A program made the translations under genes and the position numbers. From NCBI GenBank assembly GCA_963752475.1, contig CAVVYR010000008.1, forward strand, positions 544,001 through 608,000: DNA of 64,000 nt, given 5' to 3'. Numbering within the stretch: position 1 is the stretch's first letter; every line of letters starts with the position of its first letter. This document shows positions 32,704 through 41,690 of this stretch, piece after piece. The DNA is from an uncultured Chloroflexia bacterium. Its GTDB lineage: Bacteria > Chloroflexota > Limnocylindria > Limnocylindrales > CSP1-4. Under the pieces are notes generated by a model. It was not told the DNA's origin, ran no database searches, and worked only from the letters and a program-made list of their open reading frames with translations.

Positions 32704-33875
32704 GTGCCTCATGCCGCAATGGCGGGGAGCGAATGATGGACCTCGGCCTTGATGCGCCAGGGCTTGGCTGGGCGGCAGTTCCGGTTGTGCCAGCGGAGGT
32801 AGGCATGGATGGCCGCACCCTGCTCGTCGTGGCTGGCGTGGTCGCTGCCGTTGAGCGCGAAGCGCCGGAGGGCCTGGAACTGGCACTCGATGAGGTTGAG
32901 CCAGCTCGCGTAGGTGGGCAGGTACACGAGTTCGATGTCGTGCGCGTCGGCCCACTCGCGGAGCTCCTTCTTGAGATGCGGGCTGAAGTTGTCGAGCACC
33001 ACGATGAGGTGCTCGTCGAAGCGGGCCCGCAGCGAGCGCAGCAGCTCGCGCACCTCGCGCCAGGTCTTGGTCGCCCGGATGTGGCCGTAGAGCTTGCCGC
33101 TCGCGGGATCGTAGGCCGCGAGCAGCTGGCGCACGCCCGCGGTGCGCGTGTAGGTGGCCCGGAGGCGGGCCGGGTGCTTGCTCGGATGCCAGCCCGCTCC
33201 GAGGCGTGGCTGCAGGTTCAAGGGGCCGAACTCGTCGAGGCAGAGCACCCGGCTGCCCGCGGGCGGATGGGCGTAGAGGTCGAGCACGCGGTTCTTCTTG
33301 GCCTCGAAGTCCGGATCGGGCGAGGCCTTCGGGGTCTTGTGGTGCAGGAAGCGGATGCCATGCTCACGCAGGATGCGCCGGAGCTGGCTCCCGCTGATGG
33401 TCGGCACCACTCGCGTCCGGAGCAGGTGGTCGCGCAGCTTGGTCAGACTCCAGTCGGTGAAGGGCTCACCGAGGTCTCGGGGACGGGCGAGAGCCACCTT
33501 CACGATGGCCGCGCGCTGGGCCTCATCGATCCGGCGTGGTCGGCCCCCGCCCTTCCGAGGGTCCAGGGCCGCGAAGCCCCGCTCGTCGAAGGCGTGGATG
33601 AGTTCGGCCACGTGCGTCGCGCTGGCGCGGTGCAGCCGCGCGATCTCGGGCACGCTCTGGCCCTGGAACGAGGCGAAGAGGAGCATCGCCCGGTGCTGCG
33701 TGGTCGGGTTCGTACTGCGACGAGCGAGCCTGAGCAGGTGCATCGCCTCCCCATCGCTGAGCTCACGGATGAACAACTCGGGCCGGCGGGCCATCTGCAC
33801 CTCCCTGCGACGACGGGCCGAGGGTCGACCCTTGCGACAGTGCGATTACCTACCGGACATTATGAATCGAGGCAC
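32704..33875 (-). mobile_element. IS630-family insertion sequence
   Basis: TA duplication (32702-03 and 33876-77) within CTAG; terminal inverted repeat GTGCCTC, extending imperfectly to ~25 bp. Confidence 0.92.
32709..33800 (-). CDS. IS630 transposase
   Basis: HTH, GGGRP, WSL..L, CLDE, VLDNFSPH, LPTYASWLN.IE. Confidence 0.93.
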   Translation of the reverse strand: MQMARRPELFIRELSDGEAMHLLRLARRSTNPTTQHRAMLLFASFQGQSVPEIARLHRASATHVAELIHAFDERGFAALDPRKGGGRPRRIDEAQRAAIVKVALARPRDLGEPFTDWSLTKLRDHLLRTRVVPTISGSQLRRILREHGIRFLHHKTPKASPDPDFEAKKNRVLDLYAHPPAGSRVLCLDEFGPLNLQPRLGAGWHPSKHPARLRATYTRTAGVRQLLAAYDPASGKLYGHIRATKTWREVRELLRSLRARFDEHLIVVLDNFSPHLKKELREWADAHDIELVYLPTYASWLNLIECQFQALRRFALNGSDHASHDEQGAAIHAYLRWHNRNCRPAKPWRIKAEVHHSLPAIAA

Positions 33876-34303
33876 TAGCGATCAATCGCCCGGTGCCACT
33901 CCAACTCCCGACCTCATCCACCAACAGATGGTTGGTCGCGATGGTGGTCCATCCCCACTCGTCGGCAGGATGGGACACCGACTGGTGGTCCAGGGTGAAC
34001 CAGTGCTCGGCGGGGAGTCGTGGGTCGCTCCACTCGACTCGCTGCTCGATGAGGTCCACCCGGCCGCCGCTGGTCACCTCGTAGTCCCCCACGATGGTCG
34101 GCGGGTCTGGCTCGATGTCCTCCCAGTCCCGTGCTTCGGTGTGCACCGTCATGTCCCATGGGAACCCGGTCACGAAGGTGATGGGGCCAGGTCCCTCTGA
34201 CTGCGCAGCCGCCGTGATGAGCAGGCTGGCGAGCAGGACAAGAGCGGATGCCCCCGCCAGTACTGTCCGCAATGTACGCATCTCGCACCTCCTGGGTGCA
34301 TGC

Positions 34304-34378
34304 GCGGGCCGGGTTCGCCAGTGGCTCGGCGCGACTCAGGCGGCCAACGTACGCGAGTCGGACTTCACGGCCTCCCGC
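34304..34378 (-). ncRNA. c-di-GMP-II-like riboswitch, copy 2
   Basis: Same fold; inner stem shows compensatory GACUC/GAGUC. Confidence 0.75.
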
Positions 34379-34418
34379 TACCGATGATTCTCTCGCGAGC
34401 GTCCATCGGCAATCCCGA

Positions 34419-34463
34419 AATCGCCATGAATAGCGGGTTTGGTCTGGTCGTCGCCGCCATGGC
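34419..34463. repeat. Site B2
   Basis: AATCGCCATGAATAGCGGGTTTGGTCTGGTCGTCGCCGCCATGGC. Confidence 0.9.
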
Positions 34464-34490
34464 ACAGGCAACCGAGGCGGCCAGAAAGGG

Positions 34491-35372
34491 TTACTCGGCG
34501 GGCTTGGCCTCCGTCGTCCCGTCAACATCCGTCAGCGTGGCGCTCTCCACAACCGCAGGCTCGTCCGATGCGTTTCGGATCACATAGACCGTGTCGCCCG
34601 CGAATGAACCCGACGTGAGAATGTCGGCATCGGGCGCGATGAACCTGACCGAGTCGGTCAGCGCCCCGTCGACCTCGGATGGGGCAGCGAAGCCGCTCTC
34701 CAAGCGACCCTCTTCAAGCGCCAGGAGGCGCAGCACCCCGGCTTCGTCAGAGTCAAGCACCAGCTGGCCGCCGGGATCGAACGTGATTCGTTCGAGGATG
34801 ACCGCGACCGGGGCACTGATCAGCTCGGTCAGGGTCTCCTCGGCCGGGAAGTCCCAGACCAGCAACTGGTAGTCAGCACCCGGAGCAGGCTCCCTCGGTG
34901 TCTGCGGCTCAATGCTGTTGGCGATGCCCACGATGAACGATACGTACGGTTCCGTACCGTCGATCACCCACGAGCCCGAAGCCGCGCCGTCGTAGTACAG
35001 CACCACGTCACCAGCACCGAGGGCGATGGTGGCCATCGGGTCCGGAGCTCCATCGGAGCCGTCCTCACCCCAGAGGTGTGCCCGCGTGTCCTTCACGACC
35101 TGCGCGCTCCCTTGCTCCACGTACTCGACGTAGGTGTAGCCCGCTGGTTCCTCCGACCCTTCCTCAGCGCTGCTGCTCGGCTCGACCATGACACGCGCGA
35201 ACCACGTGTGATCGACATCCGGGGGTATGGCTTCCACAGGGATGACACCGCGGTCGCTCAGGACATCGACGTCGACGCCGGACGTACCTCCTTCTGCCGC
35301 GACCGCAGGCCCGAGACTGAGAACCAGCATCGTGAGAGCGGTGCCCGCGAGGCACTGACGTACGGTACGCAT
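34491..35372 (-). CDS. Secreted acidic protein, probable double cupin-like fold
   Basis: MRTVR signal peptide; 'YVEQGS','LGAGDVV' and 'RITFDPG','LEEGRL','RNASDEPA'. Confidence 0.7.
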   Translation of the reverse strand: MRTVRQCLAGTALTMLVLSLGPAVAAEGGTSGVDVDVLSDRGVIPVEAIPPDVDHTWFARVMVEPSSSAEEGSEEPAGYTYVEYVEQGSAQVVKDTRAHLWGEDGSDGAPDPMATIALGAGDVVLYYDGAASGSWVIDGTEPYVSFIVGIANSIEPQTPREPAPGADYQLLVWDFPAEETLTELISAPVAVILERITFDPGGQLVLDSDEAGVLRLLALEEGRLESGFAAPSEVDGALTDSVRFIAPDADILTSGSFAGDTVYVIRNASDEPAVVESATLTDVDGTTEAKPAE

Positions 35373-35389
35373 GGATCCCCCTTTCCAGC

Positions 35390-35462
35390 GCGGGCCGGGT
35401 TCGCCAGTGGCTCGGCGCGGCTCAGGCGGCCATGGTGTGGGCCGTGCGTCGTCGCCTCCCGC
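35390..35462 (-). ncRNA. c-di-GMP-II-like riboswitch, copy 3
   Basis: Conserved P1, pseudoknot and 3' GAGCCACUGGCGAACCCGGCCCGC. Confidence 0.75.
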
Positions 35463-35501
35463 TCAGTTGATTCTCTCGCGGGCGTCCAACGGTTCGCACG
35501 A

Positions 35502-35547
35502 AGTCGCCATGAATAGCGGGTTATGTCTGGTCGTCGCCGCCATGGCG
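35502..35547. repeat. Site B3 (TTATGTCTGGT variant)
   Basis: AGTCGCCATGAATAGCGGGTTATGTCTGGTCGTCGCCGCCATGGCG. Confidence 0.9.
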
Positions 35548-35583
35548 CCCGTGCGTCCGGCAGCCGAAGGCGGTGCGAGGGGG

Positions 35584-36135
35584 TTACTCGGCAGGCGGCA
35601 AGACCCACTCTGGTGGCTCGGGCCAAGCGCCGGGGATGATGACCCCCTCGACCTCCCAACCACCGGGAGCCGGACGCTGGATTAGCATGGCCGAGAGGCC
35701 CTCGTACCCATGCTCACCGGTGAAGTAGTTCACGTAGTGGCTGACTCCGGTGCCCGGCGTGAAGCCCTGACCCGCCATGGTCCAGGAACCGCCGTCGTTC
35801 GTCAGGCGTCCGATGAGCGTGCGCACCGTGGCCCCGGAGCCGTAGACGTCATAGTTGGAGTTCGCCTCCAACTCTCCGCTCAACCGCGGGTCGTCGGTCT
35901 CCAGGCTCAACGTCCAGCCGTAGTTCCGCGTGGACGCGACCATCGGCTGCGGCGAAGTCTCGGTCTGGGCGGACTGGTTCGGGGCGACGGCGCGGATGGT
36001 GCCGGTGACGACGGCGGGCGCGAGAACATCGGCTTCCGAAGCCGGGTCAGCATCCCGCGCCACGCCGGTGACGCTCGACGGTCCGAGCAGCGCCAGGGCG
36101 ACGGTCCCCACCAAGGACAACCGCAACGTACGCAT
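35584..36135 (-). CDS. Secreted 'SDPRL'-family paralog 3
   Basis: MRTLRLSLVGT signal; DDPRLSG, LTNDGGSW, GEHGYEGLSA. Confidence 0.85.
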   Translation of the reverse strand: MRTLRLSLVGTVALALLGPSSVTGVARDADPASEADVLAPAVVTGTIRAVAPNQSAQTETSPQPMVASTRNYGWTLSLETDDPRLSGELEANSNYDVYGSGATVRTLIGRLTNDGGSWTMAGQGFTPGTGVSHYVNYFTGEHGYEGLSAMLIQRPAPGGWEVEGVIIPGAWPEPPEWVLPPAE

Positions 36136-36153
36136 GACATCCCCCGTTCGTGT

Positions 36154-36226
36154 GCGGGCCGGGTTCGCCAGTGGCTCGGCGCGGTCCAAGGCGGCCATTG
36201 CTGGACCGCGCTTCGAAGCCTCCCGC
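36154..36226 (-). ncRNA. c-di-GMP-II-like riboswitch, copy 4
   Basis: Perfect 10-bp inner stem GCGCGGUCCA/UGGACCGCGC. Confidence 0.78.
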
Positions 36227-36275
36227 TATGTAGATTCTCTCGCCGACGTCCATCGGCTCCTCGGCCGTGCTCCAG

Positions 36276-36321
36276 AATCGCCATGCATAGCGGGTCATGC
36301 CTGGTGGTCGCCGCCATGGCG
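36276..36321. repeat. Site B4
   Basis: AATCGCCATGCATAGCGGGTCATGCCTGGTGGTCGCCGCCATGGCG. Confidence 0.85.
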
Positions 36322-36347
36322 CAGGCAGCTGGGGTGGGGGAATGGGG

Positions 36348-36947
36348 TCAGCCGAAGAAGACCGCGTCGATCAGCGCGAGCAGTGCGAACAGGGCGACGG
36401 GCAGCACCACGATTCCCAGCGCGATCAGGATCAGGAGTTCTCGGTCCGGGCGGCGAATCCCCTTGCTGCGGCGTCGGATGATGCTCCCGACCCTGTCGCC
36501 GAAGGCGGCGCCGATCGAGACCGTCACGAGCGCAGCGACGATGCCGTCGGGGATGTCGTCCTCGGGAAAGCCGAGTCGGCCACCGATACCGGTACTGAGG
36601 GCGAATCCGACGAGGGCTGCCGCCGCCATGGCGCCGATGAGACCGACCACACCGAGGCGTCGTCGTGGGGACGGCGAGTGCCCGATGATTCCCGCCGGGA
36701 CGACCGCGATGAGGATGCAGGCTGCCCAGAGGGTGATGGTCTCAGCAGACAGACCCCGGTAGCACCCCCAGCACTCCGGGTCGTCGTATCCGGGTTCGTA
36801 GAACTCCTGGATCATGTCCACCCACGCCGCTCCGAGCACGAGGCCGAGGACGAGGCAGAGTGCCGCTGCTACCGCGATGGCCGCGATGATTCGCCCGACG
36901 CCCGCAATCGGATCGACGCTGGTCCCACCCACGGGACGAGGTGCCAT
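36348..36947 (-). CDS. Hypothetical membrane protein (~5 TM) cassette
   Basis: Hydrophobic segments; CWGC motif in the first loop. Confidence 0.65.
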   Translation of the reverse strand: MAPRPVGGTSVDPIAGVGRIIAAIAVAAALCLVLGLVLGAAWVDMIQEFYEPGYDDPECWGCYRGLSAETITLWAACILIAVVPAGIIGHSPSPRRRLGVVGLIGAMAAAALVGFALSTGIGGRLGFPEDDIPDGIVAALVTVSIGAAFGDRVGSIIRRRSKGIRRPDRELLILIALGIVVLPVALFALLALIDAVFFG

Positions 36948-37031
36948 GTCTGTCGCCCCTCCATCCACCGATCCGCCAATCCCGATCGTCGCCGGTGTCA
37001 GCGTCGGGTCAAGCAAGGTGCAGCCGTGCTA

Positions 37032-37049
37032 CGTCTCGTAGCCTCCCGC
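37032..37049 (-). ncRNA. Riboswitch remnant, copy 5 (5' end only)
   Basis: GCGGGAGGCUACGAGACG matches the 5' end of copy 11; the rest is missing. Confidence 0.6.
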
Positions 37050-37089
37050 TACCTACAATTCTCTCGCGGGCGTCCATCAGCCGACCCTG

Positions 37090-37135
37090 AATCGCCATGA
37101 ATAGCGGGTTTGGTCTGGTCATCTCCGCCATGGCG
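37090..37135. repeat. Site B5
   Basis: AATCGCCATGAATAGCGGGTTTGGTCTGGTCATCTCCGCCATGGCG. Confidence 0.9.
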
Positions 37136-37318
37136 GTTGACCGCGCTTCGATACTTAGGCACAGAAACGGGGGCACCCGGGGCGATGAGACGCTTCCTGT
37201 CCCGACGGCCAGATCCAGAGCGTCGCTTCGTCGAGCTCCTCGAGCGCGCTCGCGTGATGACGGATCCTTCATGGCGCGACCACGCCACGTCCGACGAGCA
37301 GCTCGCGATCAGGGCGCA

Positions 37319-37933
37319 CTAGCCGCCCAGCTGGTACCTGCCCCGCTCCAGCTCCTGGACGTCGGGGCAGAAGTCGCCGCCCTCCTGCCCTTCGGTGGAG
37401 GCGATGCCCACGAAGTACAGATCGTCCGGGTCGCCCACCAGCTTGCGATCGACGGTCAGCGTCAGGATCGTTCCCTCGACCTCGACGTCGACGACGCCCC
37501 AGAACACCGGGTCGCCCTCGGTCAGCGTCGCGTCGAACAGCGGGGCACCGGACACGGCCTCCTGCTCGAGCGTGGCTCCATGGACGACGAGGACGTGGGT
37601 GATGTCATCGGGGAAGACCGCCGCCGGATCGGCCGACAGGCCGACCCACAGCTCATCCGTCGACATCGTCTCGACGTCATACGAGAGCGGTGGCTCCGCG
37701 GCGAACTCGAAGGTGAAGCTGACGAGGGATTGCCAGGGTTCAGCGATGCTGCAGGACAAGAAGTCGGGCCCTGCGCCGCCAGGGACGTCGCCGACGGGGT
37801 CCTCGTAAACCGCCAGCGGGACGATCGGCGCGTCGGTCGGCTCCGGCTCGACCTCGGCGGCAGCCACCCCGGTCGCGCTCGCCAGCACGAGCGCAGCGGC
37901 GGCCGTCAGGATCCTCGATATCAGGGTCATCAT
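37319..37933 (-). CDS. Secreted acidic hypothetical protein
   Basis: Signal peptide; 'DPVGD.....PD' and C-terminal 'D.CPD' motifs; GGAGG RBS. Confidence 0.75.
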   Translation of the reverse strand: MMTLISRILTAAAALVLASATGVAAAEVEPEPTDAPIVPLAVYEDPVGDVPGGAGPDFLSCSIAEPWQSLVSFTFEFAAEPPLSYDVETMSTDELWVGLSADPAAVFPDDITHVLVVHGATLEQEAVSGAPLFDATLTEGDPVFWGVVDVEVEGTILTLTVDRKLVGDPDDLYFVGIASTEGQEGGDFCPDVQELERGRYQLGG

Positions 37934-37946
37934 CCCCTCCTGTCAC

Positions 37947-38014
37947 GTTCCGCAAGTGGCGTGGCGCGGTCTGGGGCGACCGTGGTCGACGGGCCGTGCG
38001 TCATCGCCTCCCGC
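37947..38014 (-). ncRNA. Degenerate riboswitch, copy 6 (3' P1 strand lost)
   Basis: 5' two-thirds conserved; CCGG-CCCGC missing. Confidence 0.6.
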
Positions 38015-38064
38015 TACACCCAATTCTCTCGCGGGCGTCCATCAACCACCCTTGAACAGCACGG

Positions 38065-38110
38065 AATCGCCATGAATAGCGGGTTTGGTCTGGTCGTCGC
38101 CGCCATGACG
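38065..38110. repeat. Site B6
   Basis: AATCGCCATGAATAGCGGGTTTGGTCTGGTCGTCGCCGCCATGACG. Confidence 0.9.
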
Positions 38111-38136
38111 CAGGCAGCCGAGGCGGCGCGCTGGGA

Positions 38137-39042
38137 CTACTGCTCCGGGTGAAGCTGGTAGTTGAGGAAGGCCTCGGTCAGCTCCCAGGTTGCCTGCTCC
38201 TGGAGGATCTGATCTTCGCCATGCCCGGTCGGCAACTCGGCGTAGACGTATTCGATGCCTGCGGCTCCGAGTGCATCAGCGAGGTTGCGAGATGCCTCGA
38301 TGGACACCACGCCGTCTAGGTTGCCATGGAGGACGAGCATGGGAACGGTGTCCTCATCGACGTGGAACATGGGCGAAGCCTCCTGAGCGATGGTCGGGTC
38401 GGCCTCGATCTCAGCGACCGGGATCGCCTCGTGCCAGGCGTCCCGGAGCCACTCCGGCTCGGGGATGGTCAGGTCTACGTTGCCAGCAGTCGTGATGACG
38501 CACTGCACCCGGCTGGAGATGCCGGCCAGCTCTGGATCGGAGTCATCGACGGTGTCGAGGACGCCAAGCATGGCCGCGAGGTGTCCGCCGGATGAGTCGC
38601 CGACCGCGCAGACGCGGTCCGGGTCGACGTTGTACTCGTCCGCGTGGGCACGAACCCAGCGGACCACTCGTTGTGCGTCATGGAGCTGTGCCGGCCAGCG
38701 CACCTCGCCCGTGGCCTGGTCGAGCAGCCGATAGCCGGCGAGGAAGGTGACGTACGGCTCGCCGAACCCACTTCCAGCAGCCATGTCGCCGAACGGTGCC
38801 GCTCGTTCGGGCGTGATACCGACCTCGAGTGCGCCGCCGTGGAAGAAGATGAGCGCCGGGCGCGGCGCCTCGCGGGGTTCCGGCTGGTAGATGTGCGTGT
38901 ACTGGCGCAGCGGATCCTCCCCGTACACGACGAACTCCTCGACCTTGGGCCAGGTGTCGTCCTGTGCGACGACAGCACCTCCCACGCCTGCGAGCAGCGC
39001 GAGGATTGCCGTCCCGACAAGACACAGCCTCAACGTACGCAT
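38137..39042 (-). CDS. Secreted alpha/beta hydrolase (HSL/BD-FAE-type esterase)
   Basis: FHGGA, YRL, GDSSGGHLA, HG..D.VV; MRTLRLCLVGT signal. Confidence 0.88.
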   Translation of the reverse strand: MRTLRLCLVGTAILALLAGVGGAVVAQDDTWPKVEEFVVYGEDPLRQYTHIYQPEPREAPRPALIFFHGGALEVGITPERAAPFGDMAAGSGFGEPYVTFLAGYRLLDQATGEVRWPAQLHDAQRVVRWVRAHADEYNVDPDRVCAVGDSSGGHLAAMLGVLDTVDDSDPELAGISSRVQCVITTAGNVDLTIPEPEWLRDAWHEAIPVAEIEADPTIAQEASPMFHVDEDTVPMLVLHGNLDGVVSIEASRNLADALGAAGIEYVYAELPTGHGEDQILQEQATWELTEAFLNYQLHPEQ

Positions 39043-39059
39043 GCCATCTCCCTTCGTCA

Positions 39060-39131
39060 GCGGGCCGGGTTCGCCAGTCGCTGGGCGTGGCCTTGCGACC
39101 AGTGCTGGGACTGCGCGTCAGAGCCTCCCGC
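39060..39131 (-). ncRNA. c-di-GMP-II-like riboswitch, copy 7 (diverged)
   Basis: P1 intact; pseudoknot UCGC/GCGA. Confidence 0.65.
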
Positions 39132-39181
39132 TACGATCGGTTCTCGCGCGAGTGTCTATACGCTCCTCTGAGCGCTACCGG

Positions 39182-39227
39182 AATCGCCATGTATAGCGGG
39201 TTTGGTCTGATCGTCGCCGCCATGGCG
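39182..39227. repeat. Site B7
   Basis: AATCGCCATGTATAGCGGGTTTGGTCTGATCGTCGCCGCCATGGCG. Confidence 0.9.
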
Positions 39228-39285
39228 CAGGCAGCCGAGGCGAGCCTTGACCGGCGGAGGACTATGGAGGCACGCAGTTCGGGGC

Positions 39286-40482
39286 ATGGCCATGGCGACG
39301 CTCGGCAGACGGCTCGGAGTGACGACGCACGCAGTAGCCATGCCGATAGTCACAGTGGCGGTGAGCCTCGCGCTCGCACTCACCGTCGAAACGGGTCCGG
39401 CCGCGGGCGCCACAGGCAAGGCCTGCCGCAGGCGAAACACCGACTCGGGTCAGACCTACACGCGCCTCCAGGCCGCGGTCAACGTTGCGCAGCACGGCGA
39501 CAAGCTCGCCGTTCGTGGCACCTGTGCCGGGCACACGGCCATCGGCAAGCGCTTGACCGTCGTCGGTGAGCGAACGAGGCGGTCCGGCGGGCCGCAGCTC
39601 AGCGGGCGCAACAAGGATCGGGTCTTGACCATCGCCAAGGGCGCGAGAGTGATGATTCGCGACTTGGTCGTCACTCAAGGTGACTCGAAGTGGGGCGGCG
39701 GCATCCAGAACAACGGCGATCTCATCCTCACCAACGTCAAGGTCCGCGGGAACCGTTGCCAGCTCAAGGACGTGGCCCTCGGAAGGGCGGGTGGCATCCT
39801 CAACCGCGGCAGGCTCTGGCTCAACGGCGCGAGCCGGGTCCAGCGCAACTGGTGCGATGATGGAACTGCCGGCGTGTGGAACGCGAAGCCGGGCACCATC
39901 GTCCTCAACGGCTCGAGCACGATCGCCTTCAACGGCGGCGTCTATGGCGGCGGTGTTGACAACGCCGGAACCATCATCATGAACGACAGGAGCGCCATCG
40001 CTCACAACAGCGCGGGTGAGAGCACCGGAGGGGTCGGGAACTCGGGCCGTTTCGTCATGCGTGACAGGAGCACCATCAAGGGCAATGGTTGCGGCGATCC
40101 CGACTACTGCGGCACAGGTGGGGTGTGGAACGGGCCGAAGGGCTCGTTCACGATGCTCGACCGCAGCTCGATCCGAGACAGCGAACCCGCTGGCGTGTAC
40201 ACCGCCGGCACGTTCACGATGAAGGGCGCGAGCACGATATCCAACAACACGGGTTGGTACTGCGACCATGCGGGCGGCGTCCACGTCTCCGGCGGCCGCT
40301 TCTCCATGACCGGCTCGAGTCGCATCACCGGCAACAAGCTCGATCCTGAGTACGCGCCCTGCGAGACTCGTGGAGCCGGCCTCTACCACAACGGCGGTAC
40401 CATCCACGGCGTGCGCTGTGGCCCAGGGACGCCAGCCAACGTCTACGGCAACACACCCGACGACTGCTACTTCGCGGAGTAA
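39286..40482 (+). CDS. Secreted parallel beta-helix (pectin-lyase/Pmp-like repeat) protein
   Basis: 'LQAAV' cap, repeated GGGI.N / S.I..N, C-terminal N.PD.C; start uncertain. Confidence 0.78.
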   Translation: MAMATLGRRLGVTTHAVAMPIVTVAVSLALALTVETGPAAGATGKACRRRNTDSGQTYTRLQAAVNVAQHGDKLAVRGTCAGHTAIGKRLTVVGERTRRSGGPQLSGRNKDRVLTIAKGARVMIRDLVVTQGDSKWGGGIQNNGDLILTNVKVRGNRCQLKDVALGRAGGILNRGRLWLNGASRVQRNWCDDGTAGVWNAKPGTIVLNGSSTIAFNGGVYGGGVDNAGTIIMNDRSAIAHNSAGESTGGVGNSGRFVMRDRSTIKGNGCGDPDYCGTGGVWNGPKGSFTMLDRSSIRDSEPAGVYTAGTFTMKGASTISNNTGWYCDHAGGVHVSGGRFSMTGSSRITGNKLDPEYAPCETRGAGLYHNGGTIHGVRCGPGTPANVYGNTPDDCYFAE

Positions 40483-40509
40483 CGGGAGCCACGCAGCAGC
40501 CCCGCTCAG

Positions 40510-40555
40510 TATCGCCATGAATAGCGGGTTTGGTCTGGTCGTCGCCGCCAGGGCG
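40510..40555. repeat. Site B8 (no riboswitch or tail)
   Basis: TATCGCCATGAATAGCGGGTTTGGTCTGGTCGTCGCCGCCAGGGCG, between two convergent genes. Confidence 0.9.
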
Positions 40556-40694
40556 ACACGCTGTGGGCTAGCCCGTCCGCGCCTGGGTGACGCGGCTTCT
40601 TTCAGGCTTCGCGACTGGGCATGCACGCCAGTCGGATCCACACTGGGTGCGACTCGATCTCAGGTGTTCTAGGTGAGCGTCGACGCGAGCGCGC

Positions 40695-41522
40695 CTACGG
40701 TGGGGCGTTGCAGGGTGTGTCGCCAGCCAGGCGGCAGGGCATGAAGCTGAAGGGCCGCGTCTCCGAGACCGCAGTCCGTCGATGACCGTAGTGCGCGGTG
40801 ACCCGCCACCACCAGCCGGTGAGGTTGTGGTCAGCGATGAACGCGCGGCAGCCTCCGAAGCTGAACTCGGACCGAGTGAGTTCCGTGAACACAAGCGGCA
40901 CGGAACCTTCGTGCCACACGCGAAGGTGGTAGGTGCCTCGGCCCTCGAGCTTCGGTCCACTCCAGTCGAAGTCAAGTTGGAACCCGTACCCCCGCGTCGG
41001 TTGTGCCGGGCACCCGATGGCCGGGTCGTTCTGGGCGATCTGCGCTCCCGGGGCAGGCGCGATGAGCTCGACGCGGGTGACCGGGATCTCGCAGCGCACC
41101 GACGAACCGACACCCGGGCCCTGGCGGCACAAATCGACACCGACCCCACCGTCGAGCAGGTCGGTGAGGGCCCCGCCGAACAGGCGATCCGGCCCGACCC
41201 CACCGAACAGGCGGTCACGGCCGAGTCCGCCGTAGAGCCGGTCTCGACCACGGTTCCCGACGAGCCGGTCGAGACCCGGCCCACCGCAGATGATGTCGTT
41301 GCCACCGCGTCCAAGGACGATGTCGTCGCCACCGCGAGCGACGATGACGTCGGCCCGCTTCGTGCCCACGATGACGTCGGCCTTGTTGGTGCCCACGATC
41401 GTGGCTGGCTTGCCACCGCACTGGGGCTGGGCCTCGGCCGCATTCGTCACCAAAGCCACTGAGGCCAGCAGCCCCGCGGAAATGAGGAAGGCACCCGATC
41501 GGCGGAACGATGCACCGGTCAT
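40695..41522 (-). CDS. Secreted protein with hemolysin-type Ca-binding repeats
   Basis: 'C.GKPATIVGT', GG.G.D.L repeats, C-terminal beta domain. Confidence 0.82.
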   Translation of the reverse strand: MTGASFRRSGAFLISAGLLASVALVTNAAEAQPQCGGKPATIVGTNKADVIVGTKRADVIVARGGDDIVLGRGGNDIICGGPGLDRLVGNRGRDRLYGGLGRDRLFGGVGPDRLFGGALTDLLDGGVGVDLCRQGPGVGSSVRCEIPVTRVELIAPAPGAQIAQNDPAIGCPAQPTRGYGFQLDFDWSGPKLEGRGTYHLRVWHEGSVPLVFTELTRSEFSFGGCRAFIADHNLTGWWWRVTAHYGHRRTAVSETRPFSFMPCRLAGDTPCNAPP

Positions 41523-41543
41523 CTCGCGATCCCCCTTCGTGCC

Positions 41544-41569
41544 GCGGGTCTGGCGTCATCGCCTCCCGC
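41544..41569 (-). ncRNA. Internally deleted riboswitch, copy 8
   Basis: Both P1 strands retained; ~47 nt of core removed. Confidence 0.6.
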
Positions 41570-41618
41570 TACTGCTGATTCTCTCGCGGGCGTCCATCGT
41601 GTTCGAGCGCACTACCGG

Positions 41619-41664
41619 AATCGCCATGTATAGAGGGTTTGGTCTGGTCGTCGCCGCCATGGCG
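41619..41664. repeat. Site B9
   Basis: AATCGCCATGTATAGAGGGTTTGGTCTGGTCGTCGCCGCCATGGCG. Confidence 0.9.
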
Positions 41665-41690
41665 CGGGCAGCCGAGGCGGCGCGATGGGG

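Larger units (their letters stand above)
32502..34281 (-). pseudogene. Secreted 'SDPRL'-family paralog 2, split by IS630
   Basis: Removing the IS and one TA restores the frame: ...GTGRLIASSHGKYSFYELTGEGAYEGL...PDPMD*. Confidence 0.88.

Noticed and set aside
37185-37322. 45-aa ORF MRRFLSRRPDPERRF after B5
   Set aside because: Weak RBS and no recognisable motif; cannot be supported from sequence alone.
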